Positions 50,241-62,504 of a stretch of DNA of 64,000 nt are shown one piece after another. The first letter of the stretch is position 1. The number at the start of each line of letters is the position of its first letter. Origin of the DNA: Mobula hypostoma (taxonomy: Eukaryota); the NCBI RefSeq assembly GCF_963921235.1, contig NC_086097.1, forward strand, positions 100,256,001-100,320,000, given 5' to 3'. Under the pieces are notes generated by a model that worked only from the letters and a program-made list of their open reading frames with translations, did no database searches and was not told where the DNA came from. The translations under genes and the position numbers were made by a program.

Positions 50241-53200
50241 TGTGTTATTATGTGTGCACAACAAAGATTTTCAGTTCCCAGTGGGCAATGCGATGGCTTC
50301 ACCTGGTACTGGAAGTTAAATTGGTGACCTGGTTGTGTGCGCACAGGGATGAGAGCAGTTCAGTAATAAAATGTTCTAAAGAAAAACCCAGACCAAGTTT
50401 GTCTTCATTAAGAACATGCTGTCAGAAGGCAGCCTGGGGTCTAAACACGGACAGTAAGTGAATACCGTGCGTGACTGAGGAAGAGACCATGCGAGTACGA
50501 AAGGTGCTGGCCAGCAAGCGACAGAGAGAACCTGAGAGAGCAGTTGTTCCTCAAGTTCAGCAGTCACCAAATTCACCAAGAGATTCAGGCGAGAGGCCGA
50601 GACTTCCCGTCATGGAGAAGCTGTCTTCCCTCACCTATGCGGTTTACCGGCAACCTAACCGACAACTGGAAACACTTCAAACAGTCATTCAACATACAGT
50701 TAGCTGCCAGCCGAGGGGAGGGACTAATGAAAAATCAGAGTATTTTTCTGTATGTAATTGGCAAAGATGCTTTGCATGTCTACAACAGTTTTCAAATTGA
50801 TGAGACAGCTTTTATGTTGGACACTGATGACAACATTTGAGGAGTATTTTGTCCCAAGTAAAAACCACGTTTGAGAGATACAAGCTTTTTTACCCCCGCC
50901 CCCCGTGACTAGAAACAAGGAGTTAGCTTCAACTAATACTTAGCTGAGCTTCACACACTGAGAAAGTCCTGTGAATTTAGAAATTTGAGAAACTCACTAT
51001 TTGGAGACAGAATAGTTTATGGAACTCCAGATAACAGACTCACAGAAAGATTGTTTCACAAAAAGATTTGATGCTGGAAAAGGCTGTGGATATGGTATGT
51101 GTAGCAGGAGAGACTACATACACACAAGCTAAGGAACTGCACAGGGCTGAAACAACAGGGCATGCTGTGAAAACAGAGCGGATGAGCACAAGGCGTTTCC
51201 CAAATCAACAGCAAAGCAAAGAGTTAGGCTCAAACAGCAAATGTGGAGGTAGGCACATCCCAAAGATGTATCCTGCTTATGGAACGTCCTGCAGTCATTG
51301 TGGGAAGCGGAATCATTTCACTAAGTACTGCAAAGCTGGGGCTACCAAGAGAAAGATGCATACAGTTGCTAAGGAAGTGGAGGAAGTCTTTGTAGATTTT
51401 CCACAGACTGCTGGTGCTGGTAAAACAGGATGGGTCGTTCCAGTGACTGAATGAGACAGTAATTCCATTCAAGCTTGATACTGGAGCCCAGGTTAATTTG
51501 TTATCTATGGATGATTACAAGACTCTTAAAGTAAAGAGCATGAATTACACAGTTGTTAAAAATGACAGGCTATACTGGAGAGAACATTCCAGTAAAAGGG
51601 GGCTGTTTAGTAATCTTCAAGCACAAGAGGCAGCACCTAAAGGCACAGCTACTGATTGTTGAAAAGTGATTTCAGCCAATATTAGGTCTGAGTGCATGTA
51701 GAAGTCCCAACCTGGTGAAAAGAGTTTTTGTAGTGGCTTCACAGACCAAAGATGACCACACTTCATTCATGGAAGAGTACACAGATGTCTTTGAGGGGCT
51801 CAGATGCTTACCTGGTGTACACAAAATTCATGTAGATGAGACAGTATCTCCTGTTGTCTATGCATGCAGGGAAGTTGCAATTGCACTTAAAAACAACTGA
51901 AACAAGAACTAGCATGCATGAAATAGATAAATGTCATACAGAATATTGAGAACCAACAGATTGGGTGAGCACACTGGTCATTGTGCAAAAGAAAAGTGGA
52001 GTAAAGCGGATATGTCTAGACCCAAGAGATCTCAATGAAGCCATCAAGAGAGAGCATTTTAAATTGCCAATACGGGAGGAGATCATGTCCCAGTTTGCAA
52101 ACTTGACATGTCATCTGTGTTTTGGCAGATGAAGCTTGGTGAGGCAAGTTCAAGACTGTACTTTTAACACACCAGGAGAGATATTGCTTTCTTCGGCTAC
52201 TGTATGACCGTCTACAAAATGTAGATATCTTTGCTGGAAAGGATTACACTGGACAACAAAGATTTTACTTCTCAAATACTTTTGGGTGTATCATGGATTT
52301 TGGGCTGCTGATCATGAAATTCACCATGAAATTTCCCTATTATGCACCGTTTAAAAAAAAATCCATTTTTTAATCAATTCATAATTCAAGTCAATTAAAA
52401 TGTTGCCCACAATGCAAGCTGAAAAGTTTTCTATCTTGTCTAGGCATGCTAAGGCAGGGCAGATGCTGCATGGCAGGACAGGGTTTTAGAAAGGCTATGA
52501 ATTGCTATGAATTTTTGTGAAAGATTTTGATATTTGAGACAGATGTTTCCCAGGATAACTGATGCCAAGATTAACGAAAACATTTTTGTTGGTCCACAAA
52601 TCAAACAGGTCATCAATGACAGCCAATTCAATGAATTTCTAGCGATACTGAAGGAAATCACATGGAAGGCTTTCAAGGATGTTGTTGAAAGTTTTCTTGG
52701 CAACTCCAGAGCACCAAGCTATGTGCAGCTGGTTGACAACATGCTTCAAGTATACAAAACCATCAAGTGCAACATGTCACTAAAGATTCACTTTCTGCAT
52801 TCCCATTTAGACTTCTTCCCTGCAAATCTTGGCGCTGTCAGTGACGAGCACGGTGAAAGGTTTCACCAGGACATTGCAGTCATGGAGAAACATTATCAGG
52901 GCAACTGGAATCCATCAATGCTGGATGCTTAAGCAAGAAGCCTCAACCACCGAGTACAAATGAAAATCACCAACAAAACATTTTTAGCTTAGTTGAACTA
53001 TTGCAAAACATCAGCACCATTACGCAATTAAATGCATTATGTTCAATAGAAGTTAATTTCTTGTTTCTCCAAATTCCTAAGGTACAAAGGTCTGACATTA
53101 TATTTGTGCTCGACTTCAATCGTTCTACCAAAAACAAAAAAAAATTCTGAGGAAACAACACTTTCGAAAAAAACTTCTTCAGTGTTGTTGTTCTTTGCAG

Positions 53201-53425
53201 GTTTAAGAGGACATAGTGTTGTGTTTGTTTTTCTTTCAAGAGGGAAGATGTGTTACTGCGTGCATAATTATGAGCGTCAGTTGCCAGTGGGCAATGCGAG
53301 GGGTTCACCCGGAAGTGGAAGCTACAACAGTGACTCGGTTGTGTGCAAGGTTTGAGCTGCAGTTCAGTAATAAAATGCGTTAACATAAACCCACACCAAG
53401 TTTGTCTTTATGAAGAACAAACACA
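50241..53425 (+). mobile_element. Degraded Gypsy LTR retrotransposon (LTRs 50241-50416 and 53249-53425) with most of pol deleted
   Basis: TGTGTT...AACACA ends; 5-bp TSD ATTCC; PBS-like tgctgtcagaag; PPT aagagggaaga. gag NWKHFKQ and CSHCGKRNHFTKYC; protease FKLDTGA; RT start RICLDPRDLN. Confidence 0.9.
52247..53184 (+). mobile_element. Internally deleted CMC/Chapaev-like DNA transposon nested in the Gypsy element
   Basis: ORF 52534-52932: IFVGPQI...CNMSLKIHFLHSHLDFFPANLGAVSDEHGERFHQDI. Termini CACTGGACAACAAA...CAGTG; flanks tta / ttg. Confidence 0.7.
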
Positions 53426-53809
53426 ATTCCCATCTAAGCCCATATTCCTCTCAACCTATCCCATACAAAGCTGCCCGATGTACTGTAGATGCTGTAAACG
53501 TACCGACCTCAAACATTTCATCTGGCAGCTCGTTCCACGTGCTGAGCACTCTCAGTGGGAAAAGTTGCCTCTCAGCAGTCTTAAATCTCTCCTCTCACTT
53601 TAGACCTAAACCCTCTGGCTGTCGATTCCCCAACACTGGTGAAAAGACTGAGTATTCACAGCATCTATGCCCCTCGTGATTTTATACACCTCTATGAAAT
53701 CACCACTGTCTCCTACTCTCCACAGAATAAAGCCATACCTGTCCAAGCTCTGTACACAACACAACCCTGGCAGCACCCTGCATTCTTTCCAGCTTAATGA
53801 CCATATAAC

Positions 53810-54600
53810 GATTACAGCACGGAAACTGGTCATCTTGGCCCTTCTAGTCCGTGCCGAACTCTTACTCTCACCAAGTCCCACCAACCTGCACTGAGCCCAT
53901 AACCCTCCATTCCTTTCCTGTCCATATAGCTATCCAATTTAACTTGAAATGACAACATCAAACCTGCCTCAACCACTTCTGCTGGAAGCTCGTTCCACAC
54001 AGCTACCATTCTCTGAGTAAAGAGGTTCCCCCTCATGTTACCCCTAAACTTTTGCCCTCTAACTCTCAACTCATGTCCTCTTGTTTGAATCTCCCCCACT
54101 CTCAATGGAAAAAGCCTATCCACGTCAAGTCTATCTATCCCCCTCGTAATTTTAAATACCTCTATCAAGTCCCCCCTCAACCTTCTACGTTCCAAAGAAT
54201 AAAGATCCAACTTGTTCAACCTTTCTCTGTAACTTAAGTGATGAAACCCAGGTAACATTCTAGTAAATCTTCTCTGTACTCTCTCAATTTTGTTGACATC
54301 TTTCCTCTAATTCGGTGACCAAAACTGTACACAATATTCCAAATTTGGCCTCACCAATGCCTTGTACAATTTCAACATTACATCCCAACTCCTATACTCA
54401 ATGCTCAGATTAATAAAGGCCAGCATACCAAAAGCTTTCTTCACCACCCTATCCACATGAGATTCCACCTTCAGGGAACTATGCACCATTATTCCTAGAT
54501 CCCTCTGTTCTACTGCATTCTTCAATGCCCTACCATTTACCATGCATGTCCTATTTTGATTAGTCCTACCAAAATGTAGCACCTCACATTTATCAGCATT
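53810..54600 (-). mobile_element. CR1 3' end
   Basis: KCEVLHFGRTN...LYKALVRPNLEYCVQFWSP; LYSLERRRLRGDLIEVFKI. Confidence 0.9.
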
Positions 54601-54813
54601 TCTTTCTTTCTTATAACATGACATCTTTCCTCTAACAGTGTGCCCAATACTTTTCGCCGAGGTACAAAGTCAGGTACATCTCACTTGAGTGACACTCTAA
54701 TCGTCTGCTGGTGGCCAGAACAATGGGCCCACATGCTGCCCAGAGGGACAGTCTGTACATGATGAGGACCGAGGGCAAGATGCCGTGTTGTGGGAGGTTC
54801 CACATACCTGGCT

Positions 54814-54854
54814 TTAATTGTACTTGTGGCTCTCAGTACCACCGTGTCCGAACC
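54814..54854 (-). CDS. crip1: CRIP1-like coding exon 4: (G)FGHGGTESHKYN*; the exon extends to the donor at 54808
   Basis: Acceptor tcattctgtgttgcag; stop TAA at 54814-54816; CAG|gtatgt donor 6 nt after the stop. Confidence 0.93.
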
Positions 54855-55564
54855 CTGCAACACAGAATGAGCAATTCAGGATTTGGGGTGTCTGGGCTTG
54901 ATCAACCCTGGGGCACATCTACCCCCCACCCTCCAAACACAGGCAGAGCCAAGCACCCAATGACCAGGATCGGCAGACACTTTGGAAGGAGCAAGTTCAT
55001 GGTCCCTATGTCAAGACCAGGCCCGGGACACAGAACAGGCTTCTTGCTGCACCCACTGGGTGAGATTCCTTCCCAGGATCCTAGAGAATATTTGTGACTT
55101 TACAACCACCACCCCCCCCCCGCCCCCGCCAAATGTTGGTGCTTCCTGGATTTTGCTGTGCAGAGTACGGCCACTGTGCCTCCTGTACCTTTGACAGCCG
55201 ACCTCTGGTTGTGAGGCAACACGGGCACAGAAAGCACACGATACGAGGATATTGCTTCTTGTTCTTTCCTGACTCTCACTCGGAAGTTCCATGTGAGCCT
55301 GGGGGCTTGGGTGAGCGCTGAAATCCCTCTTTGGCCTGGGGAGGGAGCAATATTCAGTACCCATCCAGTCCTGGACCAAGGCACAGGCATACAGCCCCTC
55401 GGCCATGGCTGCAGCACAGCTCTGTACCCACTGCCATTTCAGGTCATGCAAGCCTCTCCCTCCCCACGTTAGAGGGGTCAGAACCTGCCCCACCCACTCC
55501 TGCAGTCTAGACCACAGCTGACCACCCATTCCTCCCCCAGATTAGGTTAGAATAGAGGGTTTAC

Positions 55565-55622
55565 CTTGGGGTCCGAAGAGAGCAGAATAGCAGGGCTTGG
55601 AGCAGTAGGGCATTCCATCGTG
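55565..55622 (-). CDS. crip1: CRIP1-like exon 3: HDGMPYCSKPCYSALFGPQ(G)
   Basis: Acceptor ctttcctcctcttcccacag and donor G|gtaaac; 58 nt; completes the LIM domain. Confidence 0.95.
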
Positions 55623-57285
55623 CTGTGGGAAGAGGAGGAAAGTCAGCTGTGAGGACAGCAAGTGTGGGGGACGCCAGGGTCCACACCTGCCACCGTCAAG
55701 GCTGGGGTGGTCTCACCTGCGCCCCACCCGCGCTTTACACTCAGGACTCACGCGTGATCGGTCCAAGTCAAACTCGGGAGGGAACGGGCAATTTCCCCAT
55801 GCACTCTCCTGGGGGCTGCTTCCCCAAGGGGTTGGAGGGGTCAGGCAGTATGGGGGAATACAGGTGACTTCAGCCCAGAGTCAACAGCAACAAAGACCAC
55901 CCGTTCATGCTCGCTGCACTCCTCCCTGTCCCCCAGTGGGAACAGGACAAGCCGGATCTGTCTTCCCCAGAGTGCAGGAGGCCCAGGAGGATGCGATAGA
56001 GGCTAAAACAATACAAGAGGCACAGATAGTGCCTGGTAGGGACCCTACCAGTCCAAGGTAAAGAGAGAGGGAAGAGTTGAAAAGAGATTGAAGAGGTACA
56101 TTTTCCCACGTAAAGCAGGGTCAGTAACTGGAAACAGCTGCCAGAGGAGGTGGAAGCACGAAGGGTAACACAAGAAGCATCTGAACGGGTGCTGGAATGA
56201 GCAGGAATAGTGGGATATGGGCCAATGAGGGCAAGTGCGATGAGTACAGACAGACATGAGAGTCAGCATGGGTAAACTGGGCCAAATGCCCGCTTTCTAT
56301 GATGTATAATTCTATGACATTCCCACCAACTCTCCCCAGTTCTCACCACTCAGATGGGGGGGGGTGCAATTTATAGTCACCCATTGAGTTGCTAACCCCC
56401 AGCAACCCACCACCTCCCCCCCCCGAAGTCAATGGGGAGGGGTTGCTGGTGAGAGGGATCTCGTGACAGGGAAAAGCATCAAACTGCTCCCCAAGGCATG
56501 AGCTCTGAGCCCTCAGGAGGGAGGCCGTCTGCCCTTGGCCGGGTCCTGCCGGTTCTAAGCCCACGCTCCCCGCTGTAATGTCCTGAATCCTGCCAGCTCC
56601 AGGGCAGTGGGTCTCACCGACAGGCCTGGCGCCCGGGTGTAGGTGACTGAGCCGCCAGCCCATCACCTCGGATTGTGGGGCAGAAAACAGAGCGAGTACA
56701 CGAGGCCCGAATGGTGAAACAGCTGGGAGAGCTGCTGGAGTTCAGTCCAGAGCGGTGTGTGTGGAGTTCACATCATCCCACCACCCCGCCCCCCCCCCCG
56801 TTTCCCCAGAAGCTCCAGCGTCCTCCCACACCCAAACGTGCACACCTTTTGTAACGTCTGATGTCTGCAATGGAATCCAGAAGGATGATGTGGGTGGAGG
56901 GGGTGGGGTGGGGGGTTGAAGATCTAACTGAAATCCAGTGGGTACTAAAAGGCCTGAATAGAGCGTGACAGAGAGAGAATGCTTCCATTAGTAGGAGAGT
57001 CTGGGACTAGAGAGCATAACCTCGAAAAAGGGCATTCCTTTGGAACAGAGAAGAGCAGAAATTTCTCTAGTCAGAGGCTGGCGAATCTGTGGAAATTCTT
57101 GCCACACACAGCTGTGGAAGCAAAGTCTTTGGGTGTATTTAAGGCAGAGATTGATAGGGTCTTAATTGTTGAAGGGATTAAGGGTTACAGGGAGAAGGCA
57201 GGAGAGTGAGGTTGGAAAAATAAATAATTCCCCCATGCTGGAGGAGTTTCAATGGGACAAATAGCCTAACCTTACCCCTACACCT

Positions 57286-57323
57286 TAGTCCTGACGAAGG
57301 GTCTCGGCCTGAAACGTCGACTG
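57286..57323 (+). ncRNA. Minimal type I hammerhead motif at the 5' end of a 96-bp insertion (57288-57383)
   Basis: UAGUC-CUGACGA-AGGGUCUCGGCCU-GAAA-CG-UC^GACUG; perfect 12-bp TSD ccctacacctta at 57276-57287 and 57384-57395. Confidence 0.8.
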
Positions 57324-57611
57324 CGCCTCTTCCTATAGATGCTGCTTGGCCTGCTGCGTTCACCAGCAACTTTGATGCGTGTTCCCTACACCTTATAGTC
57401 TATTTTATGGGTTGGTCGGTTAATTGCCCCCGTGTGTGGCTGAGGGGAAGAATCGGAGGACGGTTGATGGGATTGCAGGAAGAAAATTAGTAGGGAAATG
57501 GGACTGATGGGCTGGATGCCACAGCAGAATATGGAGAGAGAGAAAATATAAAATATGGAGAGAGAGAGAAAATATAAAATATGGAGAGAGAGATAAAAGA
57601 AAGCATCTGAC

Positions 57612-57706
57612 CTGAGACATCATTCCGGATTGCAATACTTTGTTGCATTTGGTACACTTCAGACAGGGTCTGTGCCAGTCCTTGCCCAGGGCTGTGACCC
57701 TCTCGG
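57612..57706 (-). CDS. crip1: CRIP1-like exon 2: (A)[31 protein letters not shown]
   Basis: Acceptor ttatttcttgcag and donor CAG|gtcaga; 95 nt, phase 1 to 0. Confidence 0.95.
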
Positions 57707-59091
57707 CTGCAAGAAATAACAGCAATGCTTATGAAACACTCTACCCACCAGCCCAGCCCAGCACAATCCATATGGAATTACACCTCTCACCCAGAGTGTC
57801 TGGTGCTTCTGACACCTCCCCCAGCACCAGTCTCCACGAGAGAGTTCTGGGGCCCCCCAACACTGATGGTCCAGGGGTCACTCCCACCTCCCACTGCAGG
57901 GAAACAAACAGGCATTTTGCCCATTGCCACCAGGGAGGGTTACATCAATTCCGCCCCCCCCCCCGCCTTTCCACTCGCCTTACACATTAGCCGTCCAGTC
58001 TGCTCTACTGCATGGAGGAGGCTGCCCTTGGTGCACTGGTATGGGGGTGACCGCACACAGTAACTAATGGAAAATCCAGGTCTGGTGGGCAGCCAGCTAA
58101 CAGAGGGGACAGGGCAGCTGAAGGTGAAAGCTCTCACAAAGTCACTACTTAATGAAGTTACAGGAGAGTGGGCACTATCAGCAAGCATGCTGGGACTGTA
58201 CCAGACAGCACCTAGAATGGTGCCGAGAGACTGACCAACACAAAACATAGAGCAGCCTTTACACAGGGAGACGGACTGAGTGGTGACACGCAGCCCACCT
58301 ACCCTCACCAGCTTCCCCATCCTCTCTCACCACAGAGCAGGAGCCTCTGCTCTATCACTTGATATTCCTACACTTGACTGACCAGTTGAGGGGTTTGTTT
58401 AATGTTTCCTTCTCTGCTAATCCTCAGTGGTCACAAGCCACTGTTTCCCCTCCCATTTCTGGACTCCCTAGAGCAGAACATGTGGAAGGAGTCACACCGT
58501 GCCCAGGCTAGTTCTCAGCAAGTTCAGGACATTGCCCAAAAACTGCAAATCAGGAACTGGATTAGATTCTCCTCTGCTCCTCCTTCCCTGTCCACCTCCC
58601 AATCCCTCTTGCATCACATTTTCAGCATCGTCTTTCACAGAGCCTTACTGGACACGAGCAATTTAATGGGAGCCACGCAGAGATATTAGGGCAGATAAGC
58701 AAAAGTGGCAAAAATGAGGACAAACACAGGAAATGCCAGTACTTGGCAGGTCAGGGAGCTTTCAGTCGAGGCACAAACAACTTTGTTTTGCAGGTTGATC
58801 CACACTTCAATCTGAGTGAGGGGTGTCTGGTCAGATACAACAACTGTGTCTCCTCGGATGCTGTCCGAGGGGCGAGTCAGCAGAACAAATGGTCGGGGGG
58901 AGGGTAGAAGGGGCATCTTAAAGGAGACGGGCAGAGATGCATTACCGGAGCTCAGCACCCCAACTACTGAAGGCACGGTTGATGGTAGGGCAGTGAACAA
59001 AAATGGGGATACCTAGGAGAATGGGTAAGGAATGCTTCTGCCCTTACTGATCACTGTCTTACAGGCCAGACAGCATCCCTAGGAAGAGGTA

Positions 59092-59129
59092 CAGTCGACG
59101 TTTCGGGCCGAGGCCCTTCGTCAGGACTA
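59092..59129 (-). ncRNA. Minimal type I hammerhead motif, sense to the crip1-like pre-mRNA
   Basis: Minus strand reads UAGUC-CUGACGA-A-GGGC(CUCG)GCCC-GAAA-CG-UC^GACUG; stem II is fully Watson-Crick. Confidence 0.8.
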
Positions 59130-59199
59130 ACCGAAAGAAGAAGTAGTAAGAGATTCGATGGAAAGAGATTTCAAATCTCATACTATCTCTTCTTTCAGT

Positions 59200-59237
59200 C
59201 AGTCCTGACGAAGGGTCTCGGCCTGAAACGTCGACTG
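59200..59237 (+). ncRNA. Minimal type I hammerhead motif
   Basis: CAGUC-CUGACGA-AGGGUCUCGGCCU-GAAA-CG-UC^GACUG. Confidence 0.8.
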
Positions 59238-62200
59238 TACCTCTTCCTATAGATGCTGCCTGGCCTGCTGTGTTCACCAGCAATTTTTATCTGTGTTGGT
59301 TGCTTGAAATTCCAGCATCTGCAGATTTCCTCGTGTTTGAGTGTCTCACAAGGTTGATTTATTTTGCTGGAATTTATCCACACACATGTATACATGGAGG
59401 AACCAAGCATTGTCTGTACAAATACAGTCAACAGCTTCCAGACGGCTTTGATCAAGTGCCTTCCTGCACTAGGATGTCCCAATGGAGAGTGGTGTAATTT
59501 ACACAGCAGGACCCCGCGATTTCAAGACCCATCACTGGAACTAGTTTATTAAGTAGATCATTTAGTATTTAACATTTTAATTTCTGTCCTAATGTCTTTA
59601 GAACACTATAGTCTATATTTAAAGTTTTGTTGAGGATGCTTTGGGTATAAGTGAGAGGGCGTTAGTGCTTTGTTATTTACAGTAAGTCCCTGCCCCATCC
59701 CTTGCGGATAAGCAGGAGTCAGTGGCTGCAGGGCTAAAGAAGATTAGAGCGAAATGGGGCAGGGTGAGGAATCTGTAGACAATGATCGGAGCAGATTTCC
59801 TGGATGGTCCCCTTGAAATTCCCACATGGTAGAGCTCATGCAGTCATAGACCTGCACACAGACCATACCGCCCGCCAATCCAAACTTCTCTTAAACATTG
59901 AAATTGAGCTCAAATGCACCACTTGCACTGGCAGCTCATTCCACACTCTCACCACCCTCGGAGTGAAGAAGTTTCCCCTCATGTTCCTTTTAAACTTTTC
60001 ACCTTTCAACCTTAACCCATGACTTCCGGTTGTTGTCCCACCCAAGCTCAATGGGGGGGGGGGGGGAACCTGCTTACATTTATCCGATCTATTCCTCGCA
60101 TAATTTCGTATACCTCTATCAAATCTCTTCTCAGTCTTCTATGTTCTAAGGAATACAGCACTAACCTATTCAATCTTTCCTTATAACTCAGGTCCTCTAG
60201 AACCAGCAACATCCTTGTAAATTTTCTCTGTGCTCTTTCAATCTTACTTACATCTTTGACCTACTCCCGTCAGGGAGGAAGTAGAAACATCAGGACTAGG
60301 ACGGCCAGACTGGGTGACAGCTTCTACCCTCAGGCTGTGAGACTCATGAGTACCCTGCCACAGCCGAGGTCTCGTCCCTAGGTCAGTGAGCTGTTTCCCT
60401 GTGCTACAAGCATTTTGAATTATATTAGCTCATTTGCCATAATATTTTGTTTTGTGTGCCGTGTGTGATATGTTTGTGGGGGCACTGTGGTCCAGAGCAA
60501 CGTTGTTTTGTTTAGTTGTATGTAGGCACAGTCAGATAACAATAAATGAACTAATGAAGGAGTCCAGTACAGTACGGTACCACCAGAGGTCTGTGATAGT
60601 GCAGAACCCCACCTTTGTATTCAGTTCGCCCGAAACATACAACATTTTGCCAACTTCCTTAATTACTTGCTGCATCCACAGCCCACCCTTTGCAAATCAC
60701 ACGGCAAGCTACTCACATCTTACAACTCTGCAACTCCTGAACATTTTCCTGCCTAAATACACAATTACACACTTCCCACCTTACACTCCACTTGCCCACT
60801 CATTTCACCTATCCATATCCCTTTGAGACCTCCTTATCATCTCTTCACAAGTTTCCTTCCTATTATTCTGGAAAGCACAGTTACAGTGACTGCACCCCCA
60901 GAAAAACAATTCAGCTCATCTCTACTCCAACTCTGTTTTTAAACAATCTTGCCCCTCATCCTATTCTCCCACAAGAGAAACATCCTCGCCACTTGGTGCC
61001 TTCATCCATTTACACAGCTTGTCAAAAACGTAAAGGTCTCGGCACCGAGCCCTGTGGCATACTAATCAATACGTTACCAGCCAGAAAAAGACCCATTCAT
61101 GCCTGCTGTCTCCCCAAAAGCCACTGCATGATAGCGTATGTTATCTCCTACACTCCAGTAAACTTTGATGTGACAACTTTTCAACTGTCTTCTGGAAGTC
61201 TTAGTTCCCAAAGAACCAATAAATTGGTTAAACACAATTTCCTTTTCACAAACCCATATTCATTAAAAACTGCACTGCTAGAATGCCTTTCATTAATAGC
61301 TTCCAACACCTTCCCTATGACAGACATCCAGCTAACTGGCCTGTAGTGGTACGCTTTCTGTCTCCCTCCAATTCCGAGTAAAGGAGTTACATTCACTATT
61401 TTCCATTGTAATGGAATCTTTCCTGAATCTAGGGAATTCTCGGAAATTTAAACACATTATCCATGTCGCTAGCATTCACTTTTAAGATCCTCAGATGAAT
61501 TGGGTCAGGGCCTGGCGACTTGTCCACTGGTGCCTTTACTAGCTTGTTCAGTACTGCTGTCCCTGCGTTTGCAATTCCTTCAAACTTGCCCTTTTCAAAT
61601 TCAGAGCCCATACGTTACTTGTTAATTCATTGGTAGACTCATTTTCCGTTATTAATCCCCCAGACTAACTTCTCTACAACCAACATTGTCCTTAATTTAT
61701 CTCAGTGAGATGCCGCATAGAATAGGCGTTTCCGGCCCTTCGAGCTGCACCGCCTTCCAATGCCGATGTAATCCGAGCCGATTTACGGGGCAATTTACAA
61801 TGACCAGCTAACCTGCCTTTGGACTGTGCCTGTGGGAGAAACCCCCGCACGGTCACGGGGAGAACGTACACACTGCTCACGGACAGTGGCGGGAATTGAA
61901 CCCGCGTCTCTGGTACTGTAAAACGTTGTGCTAACGGCCACGCTTTTTTTCAAAATAAAACTACCCTTGCATTTCTTGCTGGTTGCGTTTTCACTGTCTA
62001 ATTTTCCGCCACCCCGTTTTGAGCTTTCCCGTGTCATTACATTTTCAGAATGTGCAGCACTAACTGAAAACAGCAGCAGTTCTCCCGTTCAATCCGAAAC
62101 CACCGGGACTTGATTCTAATCAGCGATAGTTGACCCAAAAACACGCCCCGCCGATTGAGAAACTAACCGTTCTCCAAACTAATGAATGCAGGAAATAAAA

Positions 62201-62440
62201 GGCAAGGCTCTGGAAGTAAAGATAAGACACGCAAGCTGGATAAATAAAACAATGAAGAGTGATTTTTTTTAAAAACACAAACAGAAATGATCGGACAACA
62301 AACCGGTACAGCCGGCGAGACTAGGTGATACCTGAGGCAGGCAGAGACTGTCGGAACGTCTGCCAACTATTTCAGTGAAGAGTTTGAATCTCATGCGCTG
62401 TGACCGTGGCAGAGTTCTACAGAAAACGCGGCTTGCTTAC

Positions 62441-62480
62441 CGAAATACACTTCTTTGTTGCACTTGGGGCACTTCGGCAT
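62441..62480 (-). CDS. crip1: CRIP1-like (cysteine-rich intestinal protein, single LIM) coding exon 1: MPKCPKCNKEVYF; the spliced CDS is 234 nt, 77 aa
   Basis: ATG at 62480; donor G|gtaagc. The N-terminus matches CRIP1 as recalled, exon phases are compatible, and all 8 zinc ligands are present. Confidence 0.95.
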
Positions 62481-62504
62481 ATTTGGTCCAGGCACAGCTC
62501 TGTC

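Larger units (their letters stand above)
59062..59338. mobile_element. Palindromic Penelope-derived element with two intact hammerhead cores, in crip1-like intron 1
   Basis: Inverted arms around about 59160; degenerate TSD tgtcttaca / tgtctcaca. Confidence 0.88.
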
